Numbered from the stretch's first letter, positions 36,893 through 49,262 are shown. The stretch: 64,000 bases of DNA from Tricharina praecox (GCF_024521635.1 NW_026250406.1:620001-684000); one strand, 5' to 3'. Notes: a model not told the origin generated them from the letters alone. Program-made: numbers and translations.

Positions 36893-36980
36893 TACACGAG
36901 GCGGGATTTGAACCCACGTCTCCGTCGGCCTTCGCCTGTCGGTTGGGAGGACGGCATGCTAACTACTGCACTACTCGTGT
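36893..36980 (-). tRNA. tRNA-Gly(CCC), atypical, 16-nt intron 36928-36943
   Basis: ACACGAG TA GTGC AGTAGTTA GCAT G CCGTC CT CCC A [intron] C GACGG AGAC GTGGG TTCAAAT CCCGC CTCGTGT A, followed by TTCTTTTTT. All four stems pair. Confidence 0.8.
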
Positions 36981-37939
36981 TTCGCATATTACGTGGACGA
37001 CACTGCAGGACATGAACTGTAGCCTTGGCGTTGTGCCAGAACGGGCAGGTAGTGCTGATCATACGCAGTCTTGTTTGCTGTGGTAATGCAGAAGGAATTG
37101 ATGAACGCCGGTGCAATTCATTCATATTAGCGCCGCTGTGCGTCCATACTTTTAGAGTCGGGCATTGCGCAATGCACGACGCAGTTAGCCTCCTATGATA
37201 CCCTACACTTGGTCGCATGCATACGTGGTTCCAAGTTGGGTGCCTGCGGTATTCACGGCGGGGTGAGTGTTGTGGCCACGATGAGGACTAGTAGGGGCAA
37301 ACGAGGTGTCACGTGAATGACGGAGCCAGTGATGGATCCGCTGCGAGGCCAGCGCTGTATCCACAGCGAAGGCAGCCTGGTATCCATGGCAAGGAGCAAT
37401 AGCGAGACAAGGTACCCGCGGCGGAGCCAGCACGGAGTTCACAGGGCTGGATTTAATTCACGGGGGTCTTCGTTGGTGAAGGGAACGGTGGACGCCTACG
37501 TCGCCATGCAGGAGACCTCATTCACACGTGTGGAGATCCTACTCAGGACTCAGTAGGGGCGGCTAGTAAGGTGTGTTAAGACAAGGATGCTGCGTAGTTC
37601 AGGGTGACGGCGATCGGCTGCGTACAGGAGGGATTGCCTCGATGCAAAGGGTTTGACTAGGCGTCTTGCATCGTGGAAAGGGGTTGCTCGATGGGTGCGG
37701 TGCATGACTTGGAGCGTCAACACGCACCTGAAGCAAAAGCCTGTTTTCCCGATGCATCTACCCCACGTCATCACCCCACTCACTCCTCCTCTTCTATGTG
37801 CACCGAAAATATTCTGACACCGACACAAACACCACTCCTTTATAAACACCCACAACGAACCAACCATATCTCCACAACCATCACCCTCAAACAAGTTACA
37901 ACAACTACCAAAGAACCCGCACGGACTACAATACAAAAA

Positions 37940-38552
37940 ATGAACGTCTTCAGCGTGATCTAGTCCTGTAAGTAATATGCTACATCGACTGGCAGGAGCT
38001 CACGAATAATATTTTATCTCGGTCTAGGTGTCCGACAGGTCGGAATGACCACTCCAATGAGGAAGGGAGGTCACGGCTCTTGATTTCACCACTTAGAACC
38101 ATTGGAATTCTGGTATCACCCAGTGTTCTACATAGACCAGGCCGGTCGGCCGACCAGACCTGATTTTTTTCTGGTCGGGATACATCCCGACCGACCAGAC
38201 CTTGCCAGGCTCAGTCGGCCCAAGCCGGCCGACGTCGGGTTAACTGCTAATTCTATCAGCCGCAAAACATTGCTTAGTTTCTAGCGTTTTTTAGAGCATT
38301 CGGGATATAACCCGACCGACCGGACCATACCCAAATTTGGTCGGGACTGGTCTATGTAGAATGCTGGTATCACCATTGCCGGGCTCGGTGTACGTCTTAG
38401 TAGCGGGGGTGGCATCTATGTGAGGTCAGTGTATTATACTTCCCACATTCACGTGGATCGTCTTTTACTAATCAATTTGCAGACCGAACGAGAACCCCAA
38501 ACCGAGCAGCAGCCGTATGCAATGGCTACAAATGACATGCTGACTCGCTCAG
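37940..38552 (+). pseudogene. Probable dead member of the micro-exon gene family, interrupted by a hAT MITE
   Basis: TATAAA at 37841, C/A-rich leader, 28-nt exon 1 with premature TAG, phase-1 intron 37968-38027. Exon 2 starts CVRQVG (cf. CLRLVG in the 41455 gene). Further intron-like segments to ~38552. Confidence 0.4.
38121..38366. mobile_element. hAT-type MITE
   Basis: TIRs CAGTGTTCTACATAGACC / GGTCTATGTAGAATGCTG, perfect 8-bp TSD GTATCACC, CCGAC/GTCGG subterminal repeats. Confidence 0.92.
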
Positions 38553-39535
38553 CGTCGCCGCTTCTGTGGATTATAAGAGATGGAATGTCAGAGCCTAGAG
38601 AGAGTTTCTCTGCCGACAGGAAGCGAGAGGTTATGCGTCTTGATCGCGTCTTGATCGGATTGCGAACATGTTCGTAACCAAGTCGAAGGTTGATGCCTTC
38701 GCTGTCGTCGAAGAGGTGCGGCCAAATGGTGCACGCATATACTGCGTGACGGAAGGGTCTGAGGAGGGTGCGGCGCCCGAAGGCAGCGAGAGGGGCAATC
38801 GAAGTCGCCCCTCCCGCTGTCGTCCAGATACTTACAAAGAACATTAGTAGTCAAAAACTACTATAGGGTTCATCCCCCCGAATCCTAGTGACACCCCGCC
38901 GCCGGACACTAAGGGTGTAGCTTCTTCTAACATCATCACTAACCAATTTGTATTCACTTTACTGACTGATTATCCCAATAGCTAAGGATATTGGTACGAC
39001 TTACCTGTCAGTGATGCAGTTTAATGTCCTCAGGCATCAATAGACCGAGTTGGGGAATAACTTCGGTGGGAACGGACGGATATCTTGGGGAATGGATATA
39101 GCGAGATTTGGGTTTTGCTTCTATATATCCCTTTAAATACTCTCTCTGTTGTCGGCTATTGTGTTCTGTGTCAAGCAGTCAAATCACCATCTGTCTCTCA
39201 CTCGTTCGCTCAGATCCGCTTGACAAAATTACCCTCAGGTTTTTGAGCATTCAATCATCCACTGATGGAATTATCTTCCTGCTGGTGTTTTGTTTGCCCG
39301 GCAGATGCAATAGTAATTTGGTCGATAGGATACGCTTTGGTGGCCAACCGGCATAAGCACCGCCGCAGCTTCCAGCGTGAGTTCACGAGACGAGCCGTAG
39401 AACTTTAGCACAACCCGTGTTGCGGATCAGATCCGCACGCAGTTAATGCCACAAGTTTCTAGCTAAGTATTGGTGGTGTAAGAGGCGCCGTTTGCGACGA
39501 AAATTAATATACCGTCTGCGTGTTCGCCATATACA

Positions 39536-40561
39536 TGTTCTAGCCTGCCGGGCAAAACTAGTATCTCATAAATGGACCGGCCACCCGACCAAGTGACCGG
39601 CCCCCGAAGAAGTGACTGGATATAGGAAGTGACCGGACAGTGGGGAAACTTTTCACGGACAGACCGGTCTTTGGGCATATTTGTGAGCAGGTCAGTCTGG
39701 CCACAAACTTTCCGGCGCTGGCAAGTAAAACTCAATCGAGTCCCAGCCGAGTCCTGTATAGAAGCCAGCAAACTGATTCCCGAGGCCGAGCTATCCGGCA
39801 CGATTACACTTCACGCAGCAGCGGCAAAACCATCAACTAGCGAGCGAATATCCATCTCCTGCAATTGCAAGCCCTCACGCTGTACCAGCAAGTGCCGTTG
39901 TATGCATGAAGAACAACGTCAAATGTTCAGTCCACTGCCATGCAACGGAATTCGACTGCAATAATCTGTCGAGTTTGGAAACTCGTACGGAAACTGCCTT
40001 AATTGATCGTCCTCCTAGAACGCAACCATTACGATCAGTAATAGCAGAAGCTCCAGCTGCCTCCTCCGAACTGTTCAGTATCGATGGATGGAACACTCCA
40101 CCACCCGCTACTGCTGTTCTACCAGCACCAACATCAGGCCGCCACAGTCTCCGCTCAGGTATCCAAACAGAATCTAGCCAGATAATGGCTCGGCCTACGG
40201 CTAAAAGCAACACAAAAAAGGTTATTCAGGGCGGTGGTAGTACCCAGAGAGATGCTGGAGGGAGGAGAGCGGGGGGGAAGTCGGAGAGAAAGGATGTGGG
40301 GAAGCCGGACGGGGGTTGAGAAAGCGAAGGAGGGTGAAAACCTAGGTGATGATTCGTAGATTGACTGCGTGAGCTGTGTGGAAAGATTTGAGTGTTGAGT
40401 CGATAGAAAACTATTGTGATGTCCGCGTATATGCACATAAATTTGCCCGTTCCACCCAGAATATTTTCTGACTCGGCTGTTCGGTCAGATCGCATATGCA
40501 GTCATTTGCCCCGCTGGCCGGTCTATTTATAAAAACCAGTTTTGCCCGGCAGGCTAGAACA
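39536..40561 (+). mobile_element. Internally deleted Ginger-like (integrase-type) DNA transposon
   Basis: ~47-bp TIRs starting TGTTCTAGCCTGCCGGGCAAAACT and ending ACA. 4-bp flanks TACA/TAAA. Frameshifted Cys-rich C-terminus SCNCKPSRCTSKCRC/MKNNVKCSVHCH. No DDE core. Confidence 0.75.
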
Positions 40562-41454
40562 TAAATAATACCCATGCGTCGCATCGCTGTCTTTGAAGAG
40601 CCAGCTTAACTAGAAGGACGCAAATCGCTGGTATCCCACCTTCGTTTCCCATCCGATTATCCCAATCGATAGGCTTTCCAGCACCTTAAACTTCTTTTGT
40701 TCGAGGCTCTTTGGGATTTGTACCATCAGTCCAGCACTACGACGCAGGTGGTGCGTCGATTTGGGAATGTCTTCATTACTCCTGTTCAATATCAGCGTAG
40801 CATAGTCCCAGCTCCAGGCTTCGATGAATTGGTTATGGTTCAGCCGCCCCTGATCTCTAATGTGTGCTTGCCCTAAGTCACCGTCCACACAGCGATGTTG
40901 ATGTACCCCACCACTGGCAATTCGAGGCGTGAAATAAGGACACCTCTCGCACCGAATAGCTTTAGAACGCCTTAGGTGAAGACGCAGGAAGCGGCGCGAC
41001 GAAAGAGTCTTATATGTGGTATCGATGAAGAGAGAGGGGGGGGGCGAGGTCAAGAAAGAGATCAAGATCCATGGTCCGGTATTTGATGAGAGCAAATACC
41101 TGTCAATGAGTTACCAGGATAGCGGTCTGCTAGACAAAAATATCACAAACAATGCCACGTGCTGGCATAGTACCAGTGACTAAGTACATAAGTAGTCGAT
41201 CGTGTAAAGAAAGTTGTGAAGGAGCCAAAGCCTCTGTCGTAAAAGTTGATGTTATTCGCACAGAAAATACTCAGCGATCGAGGCTCTCTAAATCGGGTGT
41301 CGTGCATGGAAATCGCCCATCCAGACTTTGGGCTGCCACTCCCCTTCCTTCACAACCACACACAAATCCACTGTCCACCCAACGGCAACCCCACGAACCA
41401 CCCCGAAGCACGAAACGAACATTCGCGATCCGCCAGTAGCGAAATCCAGAAATC

Positions 41455-42028
41455 ATGCCCATCATGCTATTCGCCACTGCCAGTATGCCTCCGCTTCAGA
41501 GACAGCTGACTAGAGACTGATGTTCCTTTCCCAATAGTGTCTGCGCCTGGTCGGAAGCCCCAATCGCTGCACCTGTTTCGTTCGCAAGAGCGTTCATTGT
41601 ATGTCTCACCAGTTCTTGCTCATGCATACTGCCATTCGAAAGCTCACATGCGCCACCAGTGCACGGCAAGGCCATCCTTGGCAGAAATTACCATTACCTC
41701 GACAAGGACTTCTACAAGCCCGATCGTGGACAGAATCGCGGCCACAGTGGCGGTGACCGTGGTAACAATGATCCCAAGCAAGGTACAGTCTCTAAAACCT
41801 TCCGCGCTTCCTACGCTGGTTTAGCTGACAGATATTTCAATAGGCTCCGACAGTATGGATCTCCTGACGTTTTATGCGCTGCTGTGTTCGAACTGACGTC
41901 GAATAGTCTCACCTGTCACGTTGATTGCATTCCCACTGTGGGCAGTTGGCTATGGTTTCTACTATGAATACGTCCGCGAGAAGACTGCAAAGGCTGCTGA
42001 GGAAAAAGCTAAGGAATCTGGTACCTGA
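41455..42028 (+). CDS. Micro-exon family gene 1 (5 exons; exon 2 appears to carry a +1 frameshift)
   Basis: Exons 41455-41482, 41538-41598 (61 nt), 41660-41782, 41844-41852 (9 nt), 41907-42028. C-terminus ISPVTLIAFPLWAVGYGFYYEYVREKTAKAAEEKAKESGT*. Confidence 0.6.
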
Positions 42029-43186
42029 TCGAAGAAGGCGTAGATTTTCAATACTATAGGGGGTTCACGAGCATGATGAAGCATTCTCGAATACATGGTA
42101 AATCATGTGTGAAACCCGCTTCGTCTACCCGGTACCTTCAATGCCATCCGAGAAAAAACGTGCGTGATGCCAAAGCCATGTGGAATACTAAATGGTGAAT
42201 CATGTGTGAACTCGGCTTCGTCTACCGAAAGCACAGCCGATAGCCCGTTGCTAGACTGCACGCTCCCAAGCATGGTGATTTTTAGGCGTCAAGCTCTCAG
42301 GTATGGAGAAAGGGCGTGCCCTAGTCTGAGCGCTGGTGCACTATACGCCGTATTGAGCATGGAGTACCTACTAAAATAATGCCGATGCAATAGACAACGC
42401 CTTTGACGCAAACATGGACGAAGAAGTCTGGGTATGAGCGGATTCTAGGTGACCGATAGACAGATATGATGAGAATCTCCCTCTGACCTGGTGGATCCTC
42501 TAATATCCTACTGCTCCGGCCCACAAACCACCCCCAGGGTTGCCTCTACTTCAAGATAGTAGCTAGGTTAGGTCGATTATCTGAGCGGAGGTACCGTGAT
42601 ACTACGATTCCGAGGGTTTGTCGTTTTCTCGGTGTGGTGTGGGTAGATCTAAAACGTCAATTTGGAAGCCGATACGATAAGATGAAAAGACGGGGAACTT
42701 TTCACTTCAGTGTACCGTATTATCTCGGATAACTGTTGGCTTTTTTTGAGTGGTTAGCGCCGCTACACGCAGGCTTGGCGCGCTTCTTACACGCCGCATT
42801 TCGGGTGCTTGGCGCTTAGTCAGTATCAAAATCACTAGCGCAAAGTTTCCGTGATGTTTCTCCACATGCACAGCACCCACTTCAGACCTCGTCTCTCCAG
42901 CAGACTGCCACAACATCATCATCTTCAGTGTTGCCGATGTTGGGAAACAGCTCTACAATCATATACCGCTTACCTACTCCTTCCAGTCGCTTGTTTCTTC
43001 TCGCTAATACTGGTTCACCTGGAACAGGCATCCTCCCCATGCGCGCTGAGAGAGTGGCCGATGAGCCTGCTGAGGATGCGTTCACTGAACCTTCGCTGGG
43101 CACGCCCACCGAACCTGTCAAGAGTACACCACTCAACCTGCCGAGAGCGCCCCGGCCGAGAGCGCGCCTTCCGAGCCTCGTAAGAA

Positions 43187-43270
43187 CGCGCCCACTGTGA
43201 CAATAACGCGCCCACTGAGCCTGCCATGAGCGCGCTCACTGAGCCTGCCATTAGCGCGCCCACTAAGTCT
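43187..43270. repeat. 24-bp minisatellite
   Basis: CGCGCCCACTGAGCCTGCCATGAG-like units, 3-4 copies. Confidence 0.75.
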
Positions 43271-43920
43271 GCTACTGATGACGCGTCAACCGAGTATGTC
43301 GAGAGCTCGCTCACTGTGCCTTGTAGACATCTTTGACGAGCGATCAGTCTGATATTGTTGTCTGTCGTTGTCGGGAGCATCTTGAGCCGTAGATGTAAGA
43401 ACAAGAGCTGCGAATTCTGATATGACTGTGTCGGCAGGTGCTACTTTCGTAGGAAAAATGACCTCGTTGTTCTCCATTATTGTCTCCGTGATTTCTATCG
43501 ACTTGATCTTTGTAGGGTGTACTCTACTTGTACTGTAAAGCTCTACATCTGCCATTCCCACGATGCTTCCGCAGTTTCAGCCGCATTAACCTAATCGGCT
43601 GATGTTCTGTTGCTGCGCCGGCGCTAACCATATTCACGCTAGTGTGCACTTCTCCGCGTTAGTTCCATTTCAAAAAGCGAACAGTTATCTGAGATAATAC
43701 GGTAGCTAGTGATACCTTCAATTCGTGGCTCAAAAGACCGGTTCCGGACACATTAGCAATGTCGCGATAGATTGAAGCAAGCGTTGAAACTGCGAGTTGT
43801 GTGCCCCACCTCTTTCCACCAAGACCCTTCCACCACACCATCGACATCAAACAACTTACATCATCAGGAACGACATCCCCAGAAACATACTCGACTCCCC
43901 AACCTCCAGATACAACAATA

Positions 43921-44516
43921 ATGCCGATGTTCTCCAAGCTTTTTGGCATGGGTAATTACTTCCGTACAGTCAGAATTCTCAACGGGATTAAAAACTGATG
44001 TGGTCTCCGTTAGGTGCCTCTTGCGCGGTAGCTGAGGTGTTCCCCAAGCTCAAGCAAGTCTCTATTGCGTCGCGCAATGGAATCAAGTGTGAGTCCCAGC
44101 TGCGCCGGCTCATACTATATGGATCACCATTCGGAAGCTTATGCAGTGTATGGACGTGCTAGTTCCCTACTACAAGCTCAGTAGCCGCGGCAGCGTTCGC
44201 TATGTTGCCTCGGGACCGGACAAGAACCTCAAAAAGAAACACGATGACGACCACAAGGGTAAGAGCCTTATCCATAGCATCCCGCACTCCTTATTGAGAT
44301 AGGGTCACTGATGCAGCTATTGACAGGACGCTTGGGTACCACCACACTTCCGCTTTTTCCGCGATACTTATGAACTGACGTCTAGCTGCCCTCCTCGTCG
44401 GCTTCGGTATTCCCGGAGCCTGCATGGCAATCGGCCTCTACTCGTGCATCCTCCTAGACAAGAAGCATGCCAACGACAACAAAAAGGGCAAGTCGGAGGC
44501 GGAAATCGCTGCCTAG
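43921..44516 (+). CDS. Micro-exon family gene 2 (113 aa, single TM)
   Basis: Exons 43921-43951, 44014-44088, 44163-44258, 44327-44335, 44386-44516, all introns phase 1. MPMFSKLFGMGASCAVAEVFPKLKQVSIASRNGIKFPYYKLSSRGSVRYVASGPDKNLKKKHDDDHKGRLAALLVGFGIPGACMAIGLYSCILLDKKHANDNKKGKSEAEIAA*. Confidence 0.7.
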
Positions 44517-45409
44517 AATCGTCACATTTCGGTCAATTTTAGTCACCGTTAAAGCGAAATCTGGAAAACGAGTATCTGGGTCAAAGTTCTAAGTTCTTTC
44601 CGTGTTGTTTTACTTTTTCTCGTAGGCCCTCTCCCATGTGATTTGCAATGCGAATTTTGAATTCGGAAGATGCCATTAGACGTGTGCCAGTCGCTGCCAC
44701 AGACGTCACGGTTCTACGCACCGCCATAGTAGTCGGTGTCAGTCAAATCTTAAAGTAGGTGGGCGGAGGAACCCCTCCATAATATGCTGAACCCCCACAG
44801 GTAGGAACGATAGCTGGTTGAGTAGAATCTAGCGGCGAAAGAGAAGAAGGACGGGAAGCAACACGCAAAGGATATGTCAATCACCATGCATCCGAAACAA
44901 GCGTTCCGCCGTCGAAGCCTCAAGGCGTAACCCTGCTGCTATACTTCAGAGTACCTGAAGCTGCCCCGGAATGAAAGATACTTGCTGGATAAGATCTGGT
45001 TGAATGGGTGATATTGACATTTAGAGGGCGAGAAAATGGGAGAAAAGGCTCCTAACAGCGATGCTGATTATATGGGGTGATCTTAGTTCATCCTACCGGA
45101 GGGGGAGATCATGATGCTGGATTGTGACCTCACAAGGAGAGCCTCAAAAGGAGAAAAATAAAATATCTAAAAATTACGCGGTCTTTCCAGTGATCTCATG
45201 ATAGAGCTCATCAGGTGCGCTACAGCTATTGAAAGGACGCTGGATGTTTCCTGTTTTGGTCTTTTGAGCAGCGGGTCAACGACACACATTTCTACCAAAC
45301 CCAACCTTTCGTCCCCCAAGCTTCCTCCTCTATCCCCCCAACCTCTTCCTCCCGACAAGAAACGTCTTCAACAACACCACAAAATACACCGACGACAATC
45401 ACTCTCAAG

Positions 45410-45954
45410 ATGCCCATCATGACTCCAGGTAATTTATGATATCTCCGACTGCTAGTAGCAGCTTCATTGAACTTGTTCTCGCTGCGCAGGTTCTCGCATT
45501 TACGGCAAGAGCGTCTTCAAGTTGGCCTCCCATGGCTACCGCCTCGGTGAGTTCCCGGTCTTCTAATTCATCGCCTGCAATTTCATCCGAGGACTAATGA
45601 CCACCAGCGGCCAAGAAGCCTCACCCAAGTCGTCTCACTTCATACAAGGGAGGAGACGGCTACAAGAACTCCCATGACAAGATCGACGGTACGTTTATCC
45701 TTTTGTTACTTGAATCATAGGCATTCATGATCACTGACGGTGTTTCCTGACAGCTCGCTTGTGTCAGTTATCCCCTCGACGTTGAGTTGAAGCGCATCTA
45801 CTGACCGTGACTAGTCGCGTGGCTGAATATTGTCGTCATTCCGGCTGGATGCCTGGGCTTGGGTCTCTACTGGGGATACCGCCATGAACCCATGGATAAA
45901 AAGGGTCGCGAGGAACTCGATGTTCTGCTACACACTTCCTTCTGTACCAAGTAG
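45410..45954 (+). CDS. Micro-exon family gene 3 (101 aa, single TM)
   Basis: Exons 45410-45428, 45490-45546, 45608-45688, 45754-45762, 45815-45954, all introns phase 1. MPIMTPGSRIYGKSVFKLASHGYRLAAKKPHPSRLTSYKGGDGYKNSHDKIDARLFAWLNIVVIPAGCLGLGLYWGYRHEPMDKKGREELDVLLHTSFCTK*. Confidence 0.75.
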
Positions 45955-47399
45955 ATCGACAGGGTGCTGGGACTACTAGTTAAACGAAATTCACGAACAA
46001 GTAGTAGTCAAACGTCCTCACCGACGTATCTGCTCCCGCATCGTGACCTGCCATAGGCCCATAGTGACGAACTGTTGAATACCACTACCTTGCAAGCGGA
46101 CATTCAGCCGTTGGCGACAAGACGCTTATACGATCATCTATGCTAGGGAGTTTACTACATGAAAGAACTGGCGCCTACGAACACGTTGGGAGATATCCAC
46201 AGGAAAAGGCACAGATGCGGAGTTCGTGATCAATGACACCGCTAATGGAGATACATTGATGATCTATCTCCAGCATTTAAATGCGCAGAATCCCACCGTG
46301 AAAACCAAAAGCTAACTCCATAAATGACAAGAAACACCAGAACCCAACCCAAGAAACAAAAAGAAAAAACGGAAAACAAGACCACAGCCCATTGACGCTG
46401 TAACACTCCTCACACCCTGCCCCACATGAACTCCTCAATCGCTGCCGAGTCGAGTCTTGCCCCGAGTCGAAAAGACGTTTGCTGCGATGGCGGCAGCCCT
46501 CTAACCCCTCGCGGTGTTGATGGGGAGTTTAAACCGCGTTTGGGTCCTCTTTGTAGTCCCCTTTGCCTCTCCTTGAGACTTGGCCGGCTCTTCTGCCGGC
46601 CTGGCTCGGGGCTTGCGAGGCTTCTTGGACTGAGCCACCTTTGACGTCGGGCGGAGATTTTTCGTTTGCGGCTTGGACATTGTCGACGTTTGTCCTTTCG
46701 GTTCGGTGCTTAAGTCTTTTTGCGATATGTCGGCCAGAGAATCGAGATCGTAGGCGTATCGATTTGCGTCTGTATGAGGTGAGGTCGGTAAATTTGGTCT
46801 TTCTTGCAAGCTCGTAGTGGGTTTCAGGTGTTTAGTTTGTAAGTGGTGATGCTGGAGGGGAAAGAAAGGATCAAGTGGTTTTTTATCCTGTTGCAGTGGA
46901 ACAATTGGATGGACGATTTAGACGGCGCAATAGAATAGTCACGAGCACGATTTAGATTCGATATTTCAATGGCTGGATTCCATCAGCTACATCTTGGAGG
47001 TGAGACCATTTGAAGATGGTGACTGGATCATGACTGGATTATGAGTCCGGATTCAACGAGACACTGCAATGGATGGTTACAAAGAGCTTCACCGGTGAAA
47101 GTCTCTGATTCTGCATGCCTACTGCCATAGGAATCCTCAGTCAGATATGCAGTATTGGTGGGCGATCTGTGTAGTTCAAGTTGGGTACCCGCTAAATTGC
47201 AGGTTTTGTTGCTGACCCGCCACAGTGAGTACCTCCTTAGCGTGTGGTTCTTAGTGGAATAGGGGAGGATCGAAAGCTTTATCCCCAAGACCAGCAAAGC
47301 TACAAACAAATGATCAACGATAGCAATAGCGACGTCAAGTATCAAACAGCGGACTGAAGCTGACTTCCACGGCTCTCATTAGAGTGGGGTCACGTATGA

Positions 47400-48000
47400 G
47401 CACGCGTCAGGTGTGTCTTCGGAGATTTCCTCATCATCACCTCTTCGCTGACCACCTGGGACAGACAAAGCAGACAGTGCTCTTCAACGAAGCAGAAGCA
47501 CTCGACTTCACAGTCACCATGGACGAGGAACTCACGGTTAGAGCACCGAGCGCAAATGCCGGGAGCCCTCACCCCCAGGGCTCTCGCTGTACACGGGTGG
47601 ATCCCGGAACCACGACTCACGAGTTAAAGGCGAACGAATGGGCCAAGCTAGCAGCCAGCGACCCCACCAATCGCGGACTGAAGGGCCCCCGCTACCTGAA
47701 CCAGTACGGCACCCGATCACTGCCATGGTACCACCCCCATCACTCGCATACCTGAGGCACGGAATCAGGAAATCCAAGTTGCAAAACCCCAAGGCATTGG
47801 CTGACCCCTGAGTCACCAAGATGTATCGGTAACACCATAGACCTTGCTAGAGACCCGACCAGATCCCAGCCATGGGCCATTGCCCCCAAGCACCCGGCCT
47901 CAAGATTCGACCAGCTGAAGACACAACACCGTCCTCCGAAGCCTGGAGGTGCGGCAAAGGGACGCACTGACGACCGCTTCGGATGGTGCAACTGCATGAT
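47400..48000 (+). mobile_element. Degenerate LINE ORF1 (gag-like) relic
   Basis: PRALAVHG..NRGLKGPRYL..WRCGKGTH remnants across frames. The nucleotides around CCC.AGG....CG.TGTACACGG also match 20682-20706, just upstream of the GH10 and RNase H pieces. Confidence 0.4.
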
Positions 48001-48934
48001 TCTAGCCCAGGAGACTTGGAAGACCCGACACCACTTGGCAGAGACTGTGGGCAGATCTTCCGACAGAGCCAGGGCGGGGTAAGGCGTGCTTCAAGATCCG
48101 AGGCTTTTTCGCAGACGAGCGGTGCAATCAGGCCATCCTAGATTTTCTCTCCTCCAGTGCTGTGAGCAGACAGATCCTAGAGGCCGCTGAGGAAGATGCA
48201 GTAAGAGAAGTGACGGGGTGGGAGCTCAGGGAGCGGAGAGAGTGAGAGGCGGAGGTGAAGCAAGAGTGGGATGAGGAGGGTGCTTAGGTCAGGTAGCCGG
48301 GGTCACTCGCTGTTCCTCCCGGGTTCCCGGACCTTCGTTCATGATCATTGGTGGGATCCCCTGATGATGAGGCATGAGGGAAGGTGGAGTAGGGAGACTC
48401 CTGGGCGAGAAAGAGGAAGGTGGTGCGCTTACTATCACTTCCCTGATGTGCTCCATCTTCATTCCTAGGAGAGGCGGGCGAAGGGTAGGGGAAGCGACAC
48501 CGAGCCGCTCGACGAAAGTCGTGTTTTAGACTGGGGCGTGAAAACGGAGGATATTGGTGGACAATGCCATGATCTAGATAGCTCGCATGCAATCAATGCG
48601 GAAAAGAAAAGCCTATTCGTTGATGGCCGCTGAGATTTGCCTGCTCGAAGAAACAAATTTTTATACCTTCTTCCTAGATTCCCACCATATCTCCGAAACA
48701 GAAGAAAAAGCCATGCCGCGAAACGTAATCCTAAGAAACAGTAACAAATAGCAGCGAAAAGACACGAACATGCAACGAGAAACAGATGTGTAGTTGGTGA
48801 AGCAGAGCGAACATTGATCGTCTCAAGCGTATAGACCGAAGGACGATTGGGAAGCAAAACAAACGAAAGGACAGGTAGGGGGCGCTCGAAAAGCAGACAA
48901 TCAAGCGGGTTAAAACCAGAAGATCGAGCCGACA

Positions 48935-49262
48935 GCGCTGTAGCGCTGTGGGAAGGTGGAAGCATTGGTGAGAAAACCCCTACGGAATTTGTGTCAGATA
49001 CGATGAATGCGGTGCCGTAGAAGTAGACAGGGAAACATACGTATGGTGCGTGATGTCAAGTGGTGTCAGTGCTGACGCCAGGAAGTAGAAGCTAAAAGAT
49101 CGAAAACACAACGCTGTGTGAAATTGGAAGCGATGGCGAGGAAAAAAACCCTACGGAATCGGTATCAGAAACAATGTAGGCGAGCCGTAGGAGTAGTGGG
49201 GAAACGTACGTATCATGTGTAATGGCTAATGGGGTCAATGTTAGCTTCACAAAGTAGAAGCC
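48935..49262. repeat. Diverged tandem duplication (~170-bp unit x2)
   Basis: Both units contain AAAACCC(C)TACGGAAT..GCCGTAG.AGTAG..GGGAAAC.TACGTAT..AAGTAGAAGC. Confidence 0.75.
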
